DNA of 64,000 nucleotides. It comes from an uncultured Bacilli bacterium (lineage in GTDB: Bacteria > Bacillota_I > Bacilli_A > RF39 > UBA660). The DNA lies in the NCBI GenBank assembly GCA_963931065.1, contig OZ006970.1, positions 293,498 through 357,497 of the forward strand. Reading direction: 5' to 3'. Numbering within the stretch: position 1 is the stretch's first letter; each line of letters opens with the position of its first letter. The translations under genes were made by a program, and so were the position numbers. Below the pieces are notes generated by a model. The model saw nothing but the letters and a program-made list of their open reading frames with translations. It did no database searches and was not told the origin of the DNA. Of this stretch, positions 1-9,188 are shown piece after piece.

Positions 1-1642
1 CTTTCTCTATTATATGAATAGTATCAGCATCAACAATAGTAGAAAGTCTATGAGCAACTATAATAACAGTATGATCTTTTACTAAATCATCAATAGTCTT
101 TTTAATATATTCTTGAGACTCATTATCTAAAGCACTAGTCGCTTCATCAAATAAAATTATCTTAGTATTTAAAAGAAGTGTCCTAGCAATAGCAAGTCTT
201 TGTTTTTGTCCTCCAGATAAGTTAATACCACCTTCACCAATAATAGTATCATAGCCTTTAGGTAAACTCATTATATAGTCATCTATATAAGCTCTTTTAC
301 AGTACTCTCTTACTTCTTCTAGACTAACATCTTCTTTAACTAATCTAAAATTATCAAGTATTGATAAATTAAATAGAAAAGGGCTTTGTCTAATAATAGA
401 TATATTACCTCTTAAAGACTCTTCAGTTAAATCTTTAATATCAATACCATCTATAGTAATAGAGCCAGTACGCACATCAAAATATCTAAGTAATAAATTA
501 AATATAGTACTTTTACCATTACCACTACGTCCCACAATAGCAATCTTTTTATTAGGAACAATCTCTAAATTAAGACCATTTAAAGTATAATTTTCATCTT
601 CTTTATATTTAAACTTAACATTATTATATTTAATAACACCTTTAGTATTATTAAGTACTTTCTTACCATATACTTCATCTTTATATAAATCATTATTTAA
701 TAACTCTCCAATTCTTTTTAAAGAAACAGTTACTTTATTAAAACTAACTCCAAAATCACTAATACTCTCAACTACTTCATCAATTCTCCAAATATATGAT
801 TCCATCATTAAGAAAATAGAAAGACTAATAACACCATCCAAATAACATTTACCAGTTGTAAACAGTATTAAAAACTGAATCATGAAATAAGCAAGATTAT
901 TAAAACCATAATACCATCTCTCATACTTTCTAACTTTAGCAGTATGAGAAAATAACTTATCAATAACCTTAGAAATGTTACTCTCTATTATCTTAGTAAT
1001 ACCAAGTGACTTAATCTCTCTAATTCCTGTAATATTTTCTGTTGCAACTTTGACATAATCATCACTTTCTTTTTTAATATTTTCTTGACTCTTCTTAATT
1101 TTAGGAAAAAACTTCATCGAAATAAATCCCATAATAATAGCAAGTAACATAATTTCTAAAAACAATACAAAAGATATTCTAATTGCAATAACAATAACTA
1201 TAATTACAACTACTGCTTTACAAATAAGTCTAACCATCTTAGATAATAATTCCATAACTCTATCAGGATCAGTATATAAACGATTAATAAACTCCCCTAC
1301 GCCTATCTCTTCAAAGGCAATAGCAGGTAATTTATCTATTTTCTTATACAAATCTTTACTTACACTTTTTGTAAACTTAATCTCAAAATATGTATATAAA
1401 GCATCTCTTGGTATTTGTAAAAATGTGTAAAAGATAATATAAATACCTTCATAGATTAAAAGATATAAAACAAATGAATTTATATTTTTAGCAGTTAAAG
1501 CTTCTACTGCCACACCCCAAAAATATACAGATATTAAAGCTGGCAAATAAGATAATGCTACTAAGATAATATAAAGAACAAGTCTCAACTTATCATCTTT
1601 AATATAATCAAAAAATATCTTAAAATGTTTTAACTTTTTCAA
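1..1642 (-). CDS. ABC transporter permease/ATP-binding protein (type I exporter, MsbA/LmrA-like). The 3' end runs past the window start, and a TTG start is likely.
   Basis: The minus-strand translation shows an N-terminal 6-TM region, then Walker A, the LSGGQKQRLAIAR signature, ILFDEATSALD Walker B, and an IIVAHRLST H-loop. The reading frame is open to the window edge. A GGGGTGG Shine-Dalgarno sits 5 nt upstream of the TTG. Confidence 0.8.
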   Translation of the reverse strand, partial: MKKLKHFKIFFDYIKDDKLRLVLYIILVALSYLPALISVYFWGVAVEALTAKNINSFVLYLLIYEGIYIIFYTFLQIPRDALYTYFEIKFTKSVSKDLYKKIDKLPAIAFEEIGVGEFINRLYTDPDRVMELLSKMVRLICKAVVVIIVIVIAIRISFVLFLEIMLLAIIMGFISMKFFPKIKKSQENIKKESDDYVKVATENITGIREIKSLGITKIIESNISKVIDKLFSHTAKVRKYERWYYGFNNLAYFMIQFLILFTTGKCYLDGVISLSIFLMMESYIWRIDEVVESISDFGVSFNKVTVSLKRIGELLNNDLYKDEVYGKKVLNNTKGVIKYNNVKFKYKEDENYTLNGLNLEIVPNKKIAIVGRSGNGKSTIFNLLLRYFDVRTGSITIDGIDIKDLTEESLRGNISIIRQSPFLFNLSILDNFRLVKEDVSLEEVREYCKRAYIDDYIMSLPKGYDTIIGEGGINLSGGQKQRLAIARTLLLNTKIILFDEATSALDNESQEYIKKTIDDLVKDHTVIIVAHRLSTIVDADTIHIIEK

Positions 1643-1806
1643 AATAACCACCCCTAACAAGCGAAATAATATTATCACATACATCTTTACAAGTCAAATT
1701 AACTTAAAAGAAAAAATCTACAAAATGAAATGCACCCCTTAGGGTAGACATACAAAAAAAGTCTAATTTATGATAGAATACACCTCCGAAAGGAGGTGTA
1801 TTTCTT

Positions 1807-2103
1807 ATGGCTGAAAAAGTAAATAAAACATATAGATATTCATATGAAGAAAAAATGAAAATAGTAAATGAATATTATAATGTTGGTGGTTCTACATATA
1901 GTCTTGCACGTAAATATAATATTCCTAGAAGTTCATTGTTGAATTGGATAAGAAAAATTAGAAAAAATGGGTATATTGAAAAAGAAGAAACTCGTGGTAA
2001 GTCTAAAAATGGAGGACGAATATCTTTAGAAGATTATAAAGAAAGATATGAAATATTAAAAAAATATCAGGCCTTCCTCAAGGCACAACGAGAGAGAAAG
2101 TAA
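1807..2103 (+). CDS. IS3-family transposase OrfA (helix-turn-helix, leucine-zipper part).
   Basis: 98 aa with an HTH motif (YSLARKYNIPRSSLLNWI). A strong hairpin/SD (ACACCTCCGAAAGGAGGTGT) sits immediately upstream. An A7 slippery run lies near its 3' end. Confidence 0.85.
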   Translation: MAEKVNKTYRYSYEEKMKIVNEYYNVGGSTYSLARKYNIPRSSLLNWIRKIRKNGYIEKEETRGKSKNGGRISLEDYKERYEILKKYQAFLKAQRERK

Positions 2104-2144
2104 CTTTTATTAATCTATATAGAGATAATTATAAGTTATACAAT

Positions 2145-2936
2145 ATGTGTGCCGTATTAGAAATAAGTCCTAAAACTTATTATAAATATAGAAATAAGGA
2201 AGATCCTGATTATTATGATTATTTAATAATTAAAGAAATATTTGATGAGTCTAAAGGCACATATGGATATCGTAGAATTGTGGAAGGCCTAAAAATCAAA
2301 TATGATGTTGTAATGAATGGAAAGAAGGTTTTAAGAATAATGAAAAAATATAATTTAATGCCTAACTATATTAGGAAATCAAAGAAGAAAAATAAGAATG
2401 AAAGAATTGAAGATAATGTTAAGCCAAATTTATTAAATAGGAATTTTACTACTGATGCACCAAATAAAGTTTGGGACACAGATGTAACTTACCTTATATT
2501 TAAAGGTTCTAGAGCATATTTATCAACAATAATTGATTTATATGATAGAAAAGTAATCGCTTATAAAATATCTAAAAGAAATGATAATAAACTTGTTATG
2601 GATACTTTAAATGAAGCGATATCAAAAAGAAAAGATGTATCTGGATTAATCTTGCATAGCGACCAAGGATTCCAATATACATCTTATGAATACAAAGCAA
2701 TTTGTGAATCTAATGGTATTACTATTTCTATGGCCAGAAAAGGTACTCCAATAGATGACTCACCAATTGAGAGTTGGCACTCTCTCCTTAAAAAGGAAAC
2801 TTTGTATAACAATGATATCACATCTTTAGAAAATTACATAGAATTAGTTGAAGAATGGATAGAATTTTATAATACAACTAGAATTAAAGGAAAAAAAGTT
2901 AATAAAAAGAAAGGATATAAGAAAAATGATAAATAA
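2145..2936 (+). CDS. IS3-family transposase OrfB (DDE integrase core). The frame is actually open from 2052, and it is probably expressed as an OrfAB fusion by -1 ribosomal frameshifting at A7 (2058-2064).
   Basis: Contains an rve-type DDE core (DTDVTYL..., HSDQGFQYTS..., the E of ESWHSLLKKE). It overlaps the orfA 3' end in the -1 frame, and the heptamer A AAA AAA is in the orfA frame. Confidence 0.85.
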   Translation: MCAVLEISPKTYYKYRNKEDPDYYDYLIIKEIFDESKGTYGYRRIVEGLKIKYDVVMNGKKVLRIMKKYNLMPNYIRKSKKKNKNERIEDNVKPNLLNRNFTTDAPNKVWDTDVTYLIFKGSRAYLSTIIDLYDRKVIAYKISKRNDNKLVMDTLNEAISKRKDVSGLILHSDQGFQYTSYEYKAICESNGITISMARKGTPIDDSPIESWHSLLKKETLYNNDITSLENYIELVEEWIEFYNTTRIKGKKVNKKKGYKKNDK

Positions 2937-3111
2937 TGATGAATTAAAATATAAATTAGAAACAGTAATAGAGTATTTAAAAGATAATGGTGGATATGAT
3001 TATAAATTATATAATCATATATGTCCAGATATGGGAGAACCTGATTCTAATATTGTTGAATATGCAGAAGATGTTCTATACATGATTAATTTATTAATTG
3101 ATAACAAATAA
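2926..3111 (+). CDS. Small hypothetical ORF (61 aa) carried inside the IS3 element, between orfB and the right inverted repeat.
   Basis: The ORF overlaps the orfB stop in an ATGATAAATAATGA arrangement, and a terminator hairpin lies just downstream. I recognise no homology. IS3 elements normally have under 100 bp after orfB; this one has 313 bp. Confidence 0.3.
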   Translation: MINNDELKYKLETVIEYLKDNGGYDYKLYNHICPDMGEPDSNIVEYAEDVLYMINLLIDNK

Positions 3112-3154
3112 AGACAAGCTTTATTTGAATAAATATTATAATTAAATAATAAAA

Positions 3155-3200
3155 AATCAAGGGTCTAGATGAACTCACTTCGTTCGCCCTTGATTTTTTA
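3155..3200 (+). terminator. Rho-independent terminator hairpin (AATCAAGGG...CCCTTGATT followed by a T-run) inside the right arm of the IS3 element.
   Basis: A 9-bp GC-containing stem is followed by TTTTTTATT. An A-run precedes it, so it may act in both directions. Confidence 0.5.
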
Positions 3201-3266
3201 TTAAAAGAATAGTTCTTTTTATGATGTCTCCTAAATGGGGTTCACATCAAAAACTAAGTAGATTTT

Positions 3267-4214
3267 TTAATTTAAACTATTACCTTTAACTGCATCTAAA
3301 TCAACCCTAATAGCTATACCTTTATCAAAGCTCTTAGGAAGACCCTTATTAAGCAAAATACTATCTTTCTGTATTTCATAACTACTATCTATTCCATTTA
3401 ATTCAAGAACACTAGGATCAACGCTTTGTTGATAATCAGTATCTTCACTTGGTCTTAGTAAAAATTCACTATTATGAATATCAACATATTTTAATGAATC
3501 ATTATATCTAGCTAATCCAGTCAAAATATCAATAGTAAAAGATTTACCTCCTACCTCATATGCATCTTTATTATAATCATATAAATATTTATTTTCTGGT
3601 ATAGCAATAGTAACATTAGGCATAATTTGATCTCCTACTGCCTTTTCAATATTTGAAGGAATTAAAACCGGTTCAGCAACTTCCTTATCATAAACACCTT
3701 TTTGAAGGTTACAACTAAAAGCTTCTTTCATTCCAATAGCAAGTAAATCAGCATGATTATTACCTTTATTATAATTACCAATTACTTTATAATCATCACC
3801 TTCATAATTAGTTAATGCTACAAAACACTCTGTACCATCTTTATTTAATTCATTTATATCTCTAACTTCAACATCAAGACCTGTTGCCGCTAAAGTACTC
3901 TCTGCCTGTTCCATTTGTTCACTACTAATACCATCATTAACAAGAACAACATTAAGAGTTGATAAATCTTCTACACTAGTATCAATAGTATATGAATCTT
4001 CAACAGTAGTAGAAACATCCACTGTTTTCTCATCAGATTTATCTAAAAAATTCTTACATCCAACAATACCTAAACCAACTACTCCAGCAGTAAGCGCAGT
4101 AACACTTCCTCTTACTAGCATTCTTTTAATATATAAATTTCTCTTCTTCCTTTTTCTAGCTTCTCTTATCATCTCAGGAGTAACTCTAAAATTATCAATT
4201 CTTTTATCACTCAT
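3267..4214 (-). CDS. Hypothetical membrane-anchored protein: a basic cytoplasmic N-terminus, one TM helix, then an extracytoplasmic domain.
   Basis: 315-aa ORF with a KRKKRN-rich N-terminus followed by a hydrophobic segment (VTALTAGVVGLGIVG). I recognise no family. Confidence 0.45.
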   Translation of the reverse strand: MSDKRIDNFRVTPEMIREARKRKKRNLYIKRMLVRGSVTALTAGVVGLGIVGCKNFLDKSDEKTVDVSTTVEDSYTIDTSVEDLSTLNVVLVNDGISSEQMEQAESTLAATGLDVEVRDINELNKDGTECFVALTNYEGDDYKVIGNYNKGNNHADLLAIGMKEAFSCNLQKGVYDKEVAEPVLIPSNIEKAVGDQIMPNVTIAIPENKYLYDYNKDAYEVGGKSFTIDILTGLARYNDSLKYVDIHNSEFLLRPSEDTDYQQSVDPSVLELNGIDSSYEIQKDSILLNKGLPKSFDKGIAIRVDLDAVKGNSLN

Positions 4215-4222
4215 AATAAACC

Positions 4223-4564
4223 CTACTTTCTATTAATATTATTAGCAATTACATTAAGTAATCTAATTACTTCTCCAAGTCCATAAATTATACTACAAAA
4301 TACAAAACTACCAAGCCAAAACAATAAAGTCAAAGATAAATTATATTCCGTTTTAGTACAAGTTGCAAATAACTCTGAAGTTTCACTACAAGCTGGAAAT
4401 AAATTACCAACAAGTACTCCTACTATAAACAAAAATATAAATAAACAAACCGCAAGTTGTTGATAAAAATTATAATATCTTTTTTTCTGTACTTCATTAC
4501 TTATCTTCTTTAACTTAGGCAACTCTTCTCTTTCTTCATCTATTTCATCAAATAAATCTTTCAT
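4223..4564 (-). CDS. Small hypothetical membrane protein.
   Basis: 113 aa with two hydrophobic helices. It is tightly spaced with its neighbours. Confidence 0.4.
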   Translation of the reverse strand: MKDLFDEIDEEREELPKLKKISNEVQKKRYYNFYQQLAVCLFIFLFIVGVLVGNLFPACSETSELFATCTKTEYNLSLTLLFWLGSFVFCSIIYGLGEVIRLLNVIANNINRK

Positions 4565-4566
4565 TC

Positions 4567-5265
4567 CTAAACCTCCTCACTCTTTTCCTTTTTAGGTCTA
4601 CCACGTTTTTTTAAAACTTTAACTTCATCTACAGTTTTCTTTTTTACATTAAGAGTTTCATATTCTTTTCTTTCTACATATTCTTTATATAAATAAATAT
4701 ATCTAACAAACATAAACTGATATAATGCCTCTAATAAATAAACAACCACATCTTCAAAACTATTAACAGACACTAAAGATACAATCAAACTAATAGCAAT
4801 TATACCAATTAATAAGTAATAATACTGTCCATTATTAATCTCTGATAAAGGACTATCAGAAAGTTTTAAATCTCTACCTATAACAGTTCTAGTAAAAAAT
4901 GAATAACCAAAATATAATGTAATTAACACATTAAATGCTAAATTCAATAGAGAATCAAATCCAAAAGATTGAAATATTGTAAATAAACTAGCGAAAGTAG
5001 TAAGCAAATAAAATACAAACATAACAACATTTAAATAATCAAAATACTTCTTACCAAACTTAACTCTAATTAAAATAAAATAAATTAAACTAACTAAATA
5101 AATACTATTATGATTAATAATTGATCTAAATACATCTCCAACCCCCATATGACTTTGAATAGCAAAAGATTGTGATAAAATTATTAACACAACTAAAAGT
5201 CCAATCAAAATGTAAGTAATCATACTAGGACTATCAAAGAAATCTTTTTCTTTATTTTTATTCAT
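4567..5265 (-). CDS. Hypothetical polytopic membrane protein with a basic C-terminal tail (KKRGRPKK).
   Basis: 232 aa with multiple TM segments. It starts 3 nt after the stop of the preceding ORF. Confidence 0.45.
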   Translation of the reverse strand: MNKNKEKDFFDSPSMITYILIGLLVVLIILSQSFAIQSHMGVGDVFRSIINHNSIYLVSLIYFILIRVKFGKKYFDYLNVVMFVFYLLTTFASLFTIFQSFGFDSLLNLAFNVLITLYFGYSFFTRTVIGRDLKLSDSPLSEINNGQYYYLLIGIIAISLIVSLVSVNSFEDVVVYLLEALYQFMFVRYIYLYKEYVERKEYETLNVKKKTVDEVKVLKKRGRPKKEKSEEV

Positions 5266-5331
5266 CTAACATACCTCCTTATACTGTTTCTATTATAATT
5301 GTAACAAATTTCTGATAAAAAGTCTTTATTT

Positions 5332-6072
5332 CTATAAAATATTATTAAGTAAATTTCTAAATCTCATTTTTTTACTAATATCACCACTAGAATCAATAAA
5401 CTCTACACTATAACTTTTATTATCAAAAGTAATTCCTCTTTTCTTTAATTGTCTAATAAGTTCCCAACTAACACCTAAAGAACCATCAAAAAACTTAACT
5501 TCTCCTATTATATTTTTAATGTTATTTTTAATTAAAGGATAATGTGTACATCCTAAAACAACATTATCTATATCTTTATATTTATTAAGTTTATTAACCA
5601 AATATTGATTTATCTTATCTTCATTACCTTCTTCTATAAGTTCAGCAAGTCCCTTACAAGGAAGTAGAATTGTTTTATGGTTATTATATTTATTATATAA
5701 AGCTAAAAATTTCTCACTCTTAATTGTCCCTTCTGTAGCCATAACTAAAGTCTTACCTTCTCTATTATAATCATATACCATTTTATAAGCAGGCTCTATT
5801 GCAATAAATAAAATATCAGGATATTCAATTCTTAATCTTTTAACACATATTGCAGAAGCAGTATTACAGGCAATAACTATAGTAATACATCCCATATTTA
5901 AAAGATACTCTACTATTTTCTTAACAATACTATAAACTTCAATATCACTCTTATCTCCATATGGATTATTAACTGAATCAGAATAATATATAAATTTAGC
6001 ATTAATCCCCCGTTTTATAATCTCTCTTAAAACACTAACACCACCAACTCCTGAATCAATAACACCTATCAT
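5332..6072 (-). CDS. murI: Glutamate racemase.
   Basis: The N-terminus MIGVIDSGVGG and conserved segments (CNTAS, the GCTHYP cysteine region) are diagnostic of MurI. Confidence 0.9.
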   Translation of the reverse strand: MIGVIDSGVGGVSVLREIIKRGINAKFIYYSDSVNNPYGDKSDIEVYSIVKKIVEYLLNMGCITIVIACNTASAICVKRLRIEYPDILFIAIEPAYKMVYDYNREGKTLVMATEGTIKSEKFLALYNKYNNHKTILLPCKGLAELIEEGNEDKINQYLVNKLNKYKDIDNVVLGCTHYPLIKNNIKNIIGEVKFFDGSLGVSWELIRQLKKRGITFDNKSYSVEFIDSSGDISKKMRFRNLLNNIL

Positions 6073-6812
6073 ATATCATCCTCCAAAGTAGTCTTAGCAA
6101 GATAAAGTCCACAGGCTTTCGCAGTCGCCCCATTCTTACCTCTTTCTTTACTATCAAGTATCATCTTAACTTCATAAGGCTCTATTTTACCTGTTCCAAC
6201 TTTAAGTAATGCACCTACCATATTTCTAACCTGATATCTTAAAAAACCACTACCTACAAACTTAATATCTAAAATATCTTTTTTTCTAATAATAGATGCT
6301 TGATATATAGTTCTAACACAATTTTCTTTAACATTATTCTCAGTAACAAATGCTCTAAAGTCATGTTCACCTTCAAAATATTGTATTGCTTTTCTCATTT
6401 TACTAACATTAAGTAAATATCCATGTTGATAAACATAGTTTCTCATTAAAGGATTATATTCTCCCATATTTATATAATAATGATATTCTTTACTTAAAAC
6501 ATGATATCTAGAAAAGTAATCACAAGAAACTTCAACAACTGAGTTTATATGTATCTCATCACTCAAATAACTATTCAATGCTCTTTTTAATTTATAAGGA
6601 GTTATAGAAACATCTAAATCTAAATGTGCAACTTGATCTAATGCGTGTACCCCTTTATCAGTCCTAGATACTGCAACTACATTTACTTTAGTACTATTAT
6701 TAATTTTATAAAGGGCATTCTCTAACTCTTCTTGTATTGTCCTATACCCTTCCTGTTTCTGATATCCTTTAAAATTACTCCCATCATAACTAAATCTAAT
6801 TAAAAATCTCAT
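6069..6812 (-). CDS. truA: tRNA pseudouridine(38-40) synthase.
   Basis: The catalytic motif VSRTDKGVHA and the overall TruA architecture. It overlaps murI by 4 nt. Confidence 0.9.
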   Translation of the reverse strand: MRFLIRFSYDGSNFKGYQKQEGYRTIQEELENALYKINNSTKVNVVAVSRTDKGVHALDQVAHLDLDVSITPYKLKRALNSYLSDEIHINSVVEVSCDYFSRYHVLSKEYHYYINMGEYNPLMRNYVYQHGYLLNVSKMRKAIQYFEGEHDFRAFVTENNVKENCVRTIYQASIIRKKDILDIKFVGSGFLRYQVRNMVGALLKVGTGKIEPYEVKMILDSKERGKNGATAKACGLYLAKTTLEDDI

Positions 6813-6816
6813 AATC

Positions 6817-7602
6817 TCACTTCACATTCCAATATATATCTTTAATAAGATCCATAACACTTTTTCTTCTAGGTAATTTAACATTCTTCTTATCTTTAAC
6901 TAATAGTATAAATTCTACTATATCTGGCCTTCTAATATTATATTTACTATCAAAGAAAATATCACTAGTATTTCCTTCTACTAACACTTTATTATTACTA
7001 AGTACTATTAAATAATCAGTATATTGATATAAGTAATTAGGATTATTACTATATATAACAATAGTCTTAGAAAACTTATCTTTAAGTCTATTAATAATTC
7101 TAACAATTTTTTTTCTTACATTCAAATCAAGTCCTCTAAAAGGCTCATCAAATAATATAACTTTAGGATTAGTTAAAAAAGCTAAAGCAAACTGAAGTAG
7201 TTTTAACTCACTAAAAGTTAAAGTAGATATACGTCTATCTAAAATATCTACCTTAAGGCCAACTATTTTTAAAGAATCCTTTATCTTTTTATCAATATCA
7301 TCTACTTCAAGTTTTCTATATCTAATATATTCTCTAAAATACTCATAAATATTATCTATATCAAAAATATTTACAAATCTCTTCTCTACAAGTTCAATAG
7401 TATTTCTAAACAAATAATAATTACGCCTTAACTTTCTAATCTTATTAAAGTAAATAATTCCTTTACTATCATCATCTAAAGATATTAATCTAAGTAATTT
7501 ATCCCCATTATCACCATATATACCAGTAACCTTTCCCTTAGGTATAACAAAAGAAAGATCAGTAAAATACTTACTATTAACATGAGAAAACTTTATTTCC
7601 AT
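6817..7602 (-). CDS. ABC-type ATPase subunit with degenerate nucleotide-binding motifs, possibly the ECF-type EcfA2 position.
   Basis: Has an ABC fold with a canonical ILFDEP Walker B. Its Walker A is degenerate (GIYGDNGDKL) and its signature is FSELK instead of LSGGQ. Confidence 0.55.
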   Translation of the reverse strand: MEIKFSHVNSKYFTDLSFVIPKGKVTGIYGDNGDKLLRLISLDDDSKGIIYFNKIRKLRRNYYLFRNTIELVEKRFVNIFDIDNIYEYFREYIRYRKLEVDDIDKKIKDSLKIVGLKVDILDRRISTLTFSELKLLQFALAFLTNPKVILFDEPFRGLDLNVRKKIVRIINRLKDKFSKTIVIYSNNPNYLYQYTDYLIVLSNNKVLVEGNTSDIFFDSKYNIRRPDIVEFILLVKDKKNVKLPRRKSVMDLIKDIYWNVK

Positions 7603-8363
7603 AAACTCTCCACCATCCCCAAAGGACTCATATTAATCTTAAAGACAAGATTATAATACTCTAATTTAACAGATAAATCCACCATAAAAGGAAGTTCTAA
7701 ACCAATTTTATTTAATAGGCTATCATTACTTAATACATCTAATACCTCACCACTACTAACTATTTTACCTTTATCAAGCACATAAATAATACTATTAATT
7801 GTATAAATAACTTCTTCTAATAAAGAACTACTAACAACAATAGTCATTCCTCTTATTCTTAACTGTTCTAAAAAACCCATAAACTCTTTAGTCTCCAAAG
7901 GAGACAAAAAAAGACAAGGATTATCTAATAATAATAATTTAGGATTACTAATAACTTTAGATGCCAAACAAACTCTAAGTTTCTCATATTCATTTAAATC
8001 TTTAATATTTTTATTAAGTATATTAGTTATTTTTAAATCTTTAGCAATATCTCTAACTAATACGTTAATCTTCTCATCACTATAACCTAATCTTTCTACA
8101 CTATATCTAATATTTTTTAAAACAGTATCATAATTAAAAGTTAAGCTTGCCATATAAGAAATATCGTTATCACTTTTAATAATTTTCCTATCATAAGTAA
8201 TTTTATTTTTTACATTAACAAGTCCTGCAAATACTTTAAGTAATAAACTCTTACCACTATTATTAGAGCCTGTAACAAAGACTAAAGAATTTAAAGGAAT
8301 ATCCATACTAAACTTAGTAAATGGCCCTATCATTAAATTATCAACCGAAACCAAGCTACTCAT
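7593..8363 (-). CDS. ABC-type ATPase subunit, partner of the previous ORF. Its Walker A is canonical, but its signature and Walker B are degenerate.
   Basis: Walker A is GSNNSGKS. Walker B LLLLDNP lacks the catalytic Glu. The start is taken at MSSLVS (8363) to avoid an overlap with the upstream SDR gene. Confidence 0.6.
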   Translation of the reverse strand: MSSLVSVDNLMIGPFTKFSMDIPLNSLVFVTGSNNSGKSLLLKVFAGLVNVKNKITYDRKIIKSDNDISYMASLTFNYDTVLKNIRYSVERLGYSDEKINVLVRDIAKDLKITNILNKNIKDLNEYEKLRVCLASKVISNPKLLLLDNPCLFLSPLETKEFMGFLEQLRIRGMTIVVSSSLLEEVIYTINSIIYVLDKGKIVSSGEVLDVLSNDSLLNKIGLELPFMVDLSVKLEYYNLVFKINMSPLGMVESLWK

Positions 8364-8364
8364 T

Positions 8365-9123
8365 TCATTTTCCTTTCTTTTTTTGAATATTATAATTAAT
8401 ACGTGTAACAAATTTATCAGATAAGAATCTAGTTATAAACTTAACAAACTTCATCTTAAATCCTGGAATAATTACACACTTACCATTAAACATCTTCTCT
8501 ACTGCATATCTTGCTACATAACTACTAGATAAAGCTTTAACCCTAAATTCTACACCCGCTCTTTTATTAAAATTAGTATCAACAGGTCCAGGACATAAAA
8601 CAGATATCTTAACATGACTTTTACGTCTTCTTAACTCTTCATTAATCGCTAAACTAAGACGATACACATAACTCTTAGATGCATAATAACTACTCATTAA
8701 AGGACCCGCCATAAAAGCTGCACTACTCGCTACATTAAGAATAATACCCTTATCTTTTTTAATCATATCTTTTAAATAAAACTTACATAACATATCAAGC
8801 GCTCTAATATTAACATCTATCATATCAAGCTCAGTATTAAGGTCTATATTACAAAATTCTCCAAATACTCCAAATCCTGCATTATTAACAAGTATATCAA
8901 TATCATCATTATGAGTTAAAACATAAAGTTCTTTAACTTTCTGTAAATTAGATAAATCAACAACAACTATCTTAACCTTAACTTTACCATTAATAGTAGA
9001 TTTAACACCCTCTAAGGCTTCCCTATCTCTTCCAACAAGTATTAAATCATATTGAAGTTTTGCAAGATTAAGAGCAATATCACGTCCAATACCACTAGAA
9101 GCTCCTGTAACCATCGCTTTCAA
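8365..9123 (-). CDS. Short-chain dehydrogenase/reductase (SDR) family oxidoreductase.
   Basis: TGASSGIG Rossmann motif, NNAG, and a catalytic Y-x3-K (YASKSY). Confidence 0.85.
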   Translation of the reverse strand: MKAMVTGASSGIGRDIALNLAKLQYDLILVGRDREALEGVKSTINGKVKVKIVVVDLSNLQKVKELYVLTHNDDIDILVNNAGFGVFGEFCNIDLNTELDMIDVNIRALDMLCKFYLKDMIKKDKGIILNVASSAAFMAGPLMSSYYASKSYVYRLSLAINEELRRRKSHVKISVLCPGPVDTNFNKRAGVEFRVKALSSSYVARYAVEKMFNGKCVIIPGFKMKFVKFITRFLSDKFVTRINYNIQKKKGK

Positions 9124-9188
9124 CTAAACCACCTCCGTCATGTCTAATTACATTTTAACACAGAAAAAAAGAGAATACCAGATTCTCT

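Larger units (their letters stand above)
1726..3249 (+). mobile_element. IS3-family insertion sequence of about 1.52 kb, with orfA/orfB and an extra small ORF. It is bounded by imperfect terminal inverted repeats of the form 5'-TGAAATGCACCCC...GGGGTTCACATCA-3'.
   Basis: The left end TGAAATGCACCCCTTAGGGTAGACAT matches the reverse complement of the right end (TGATGTGAACCCCATTTAGGAGACAT), with the TGA...TCA termini typical of IS3. AAA flanks both sides, a possible 3-bp target duplication, though that flank is low complexity. Confidence 0.75.
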
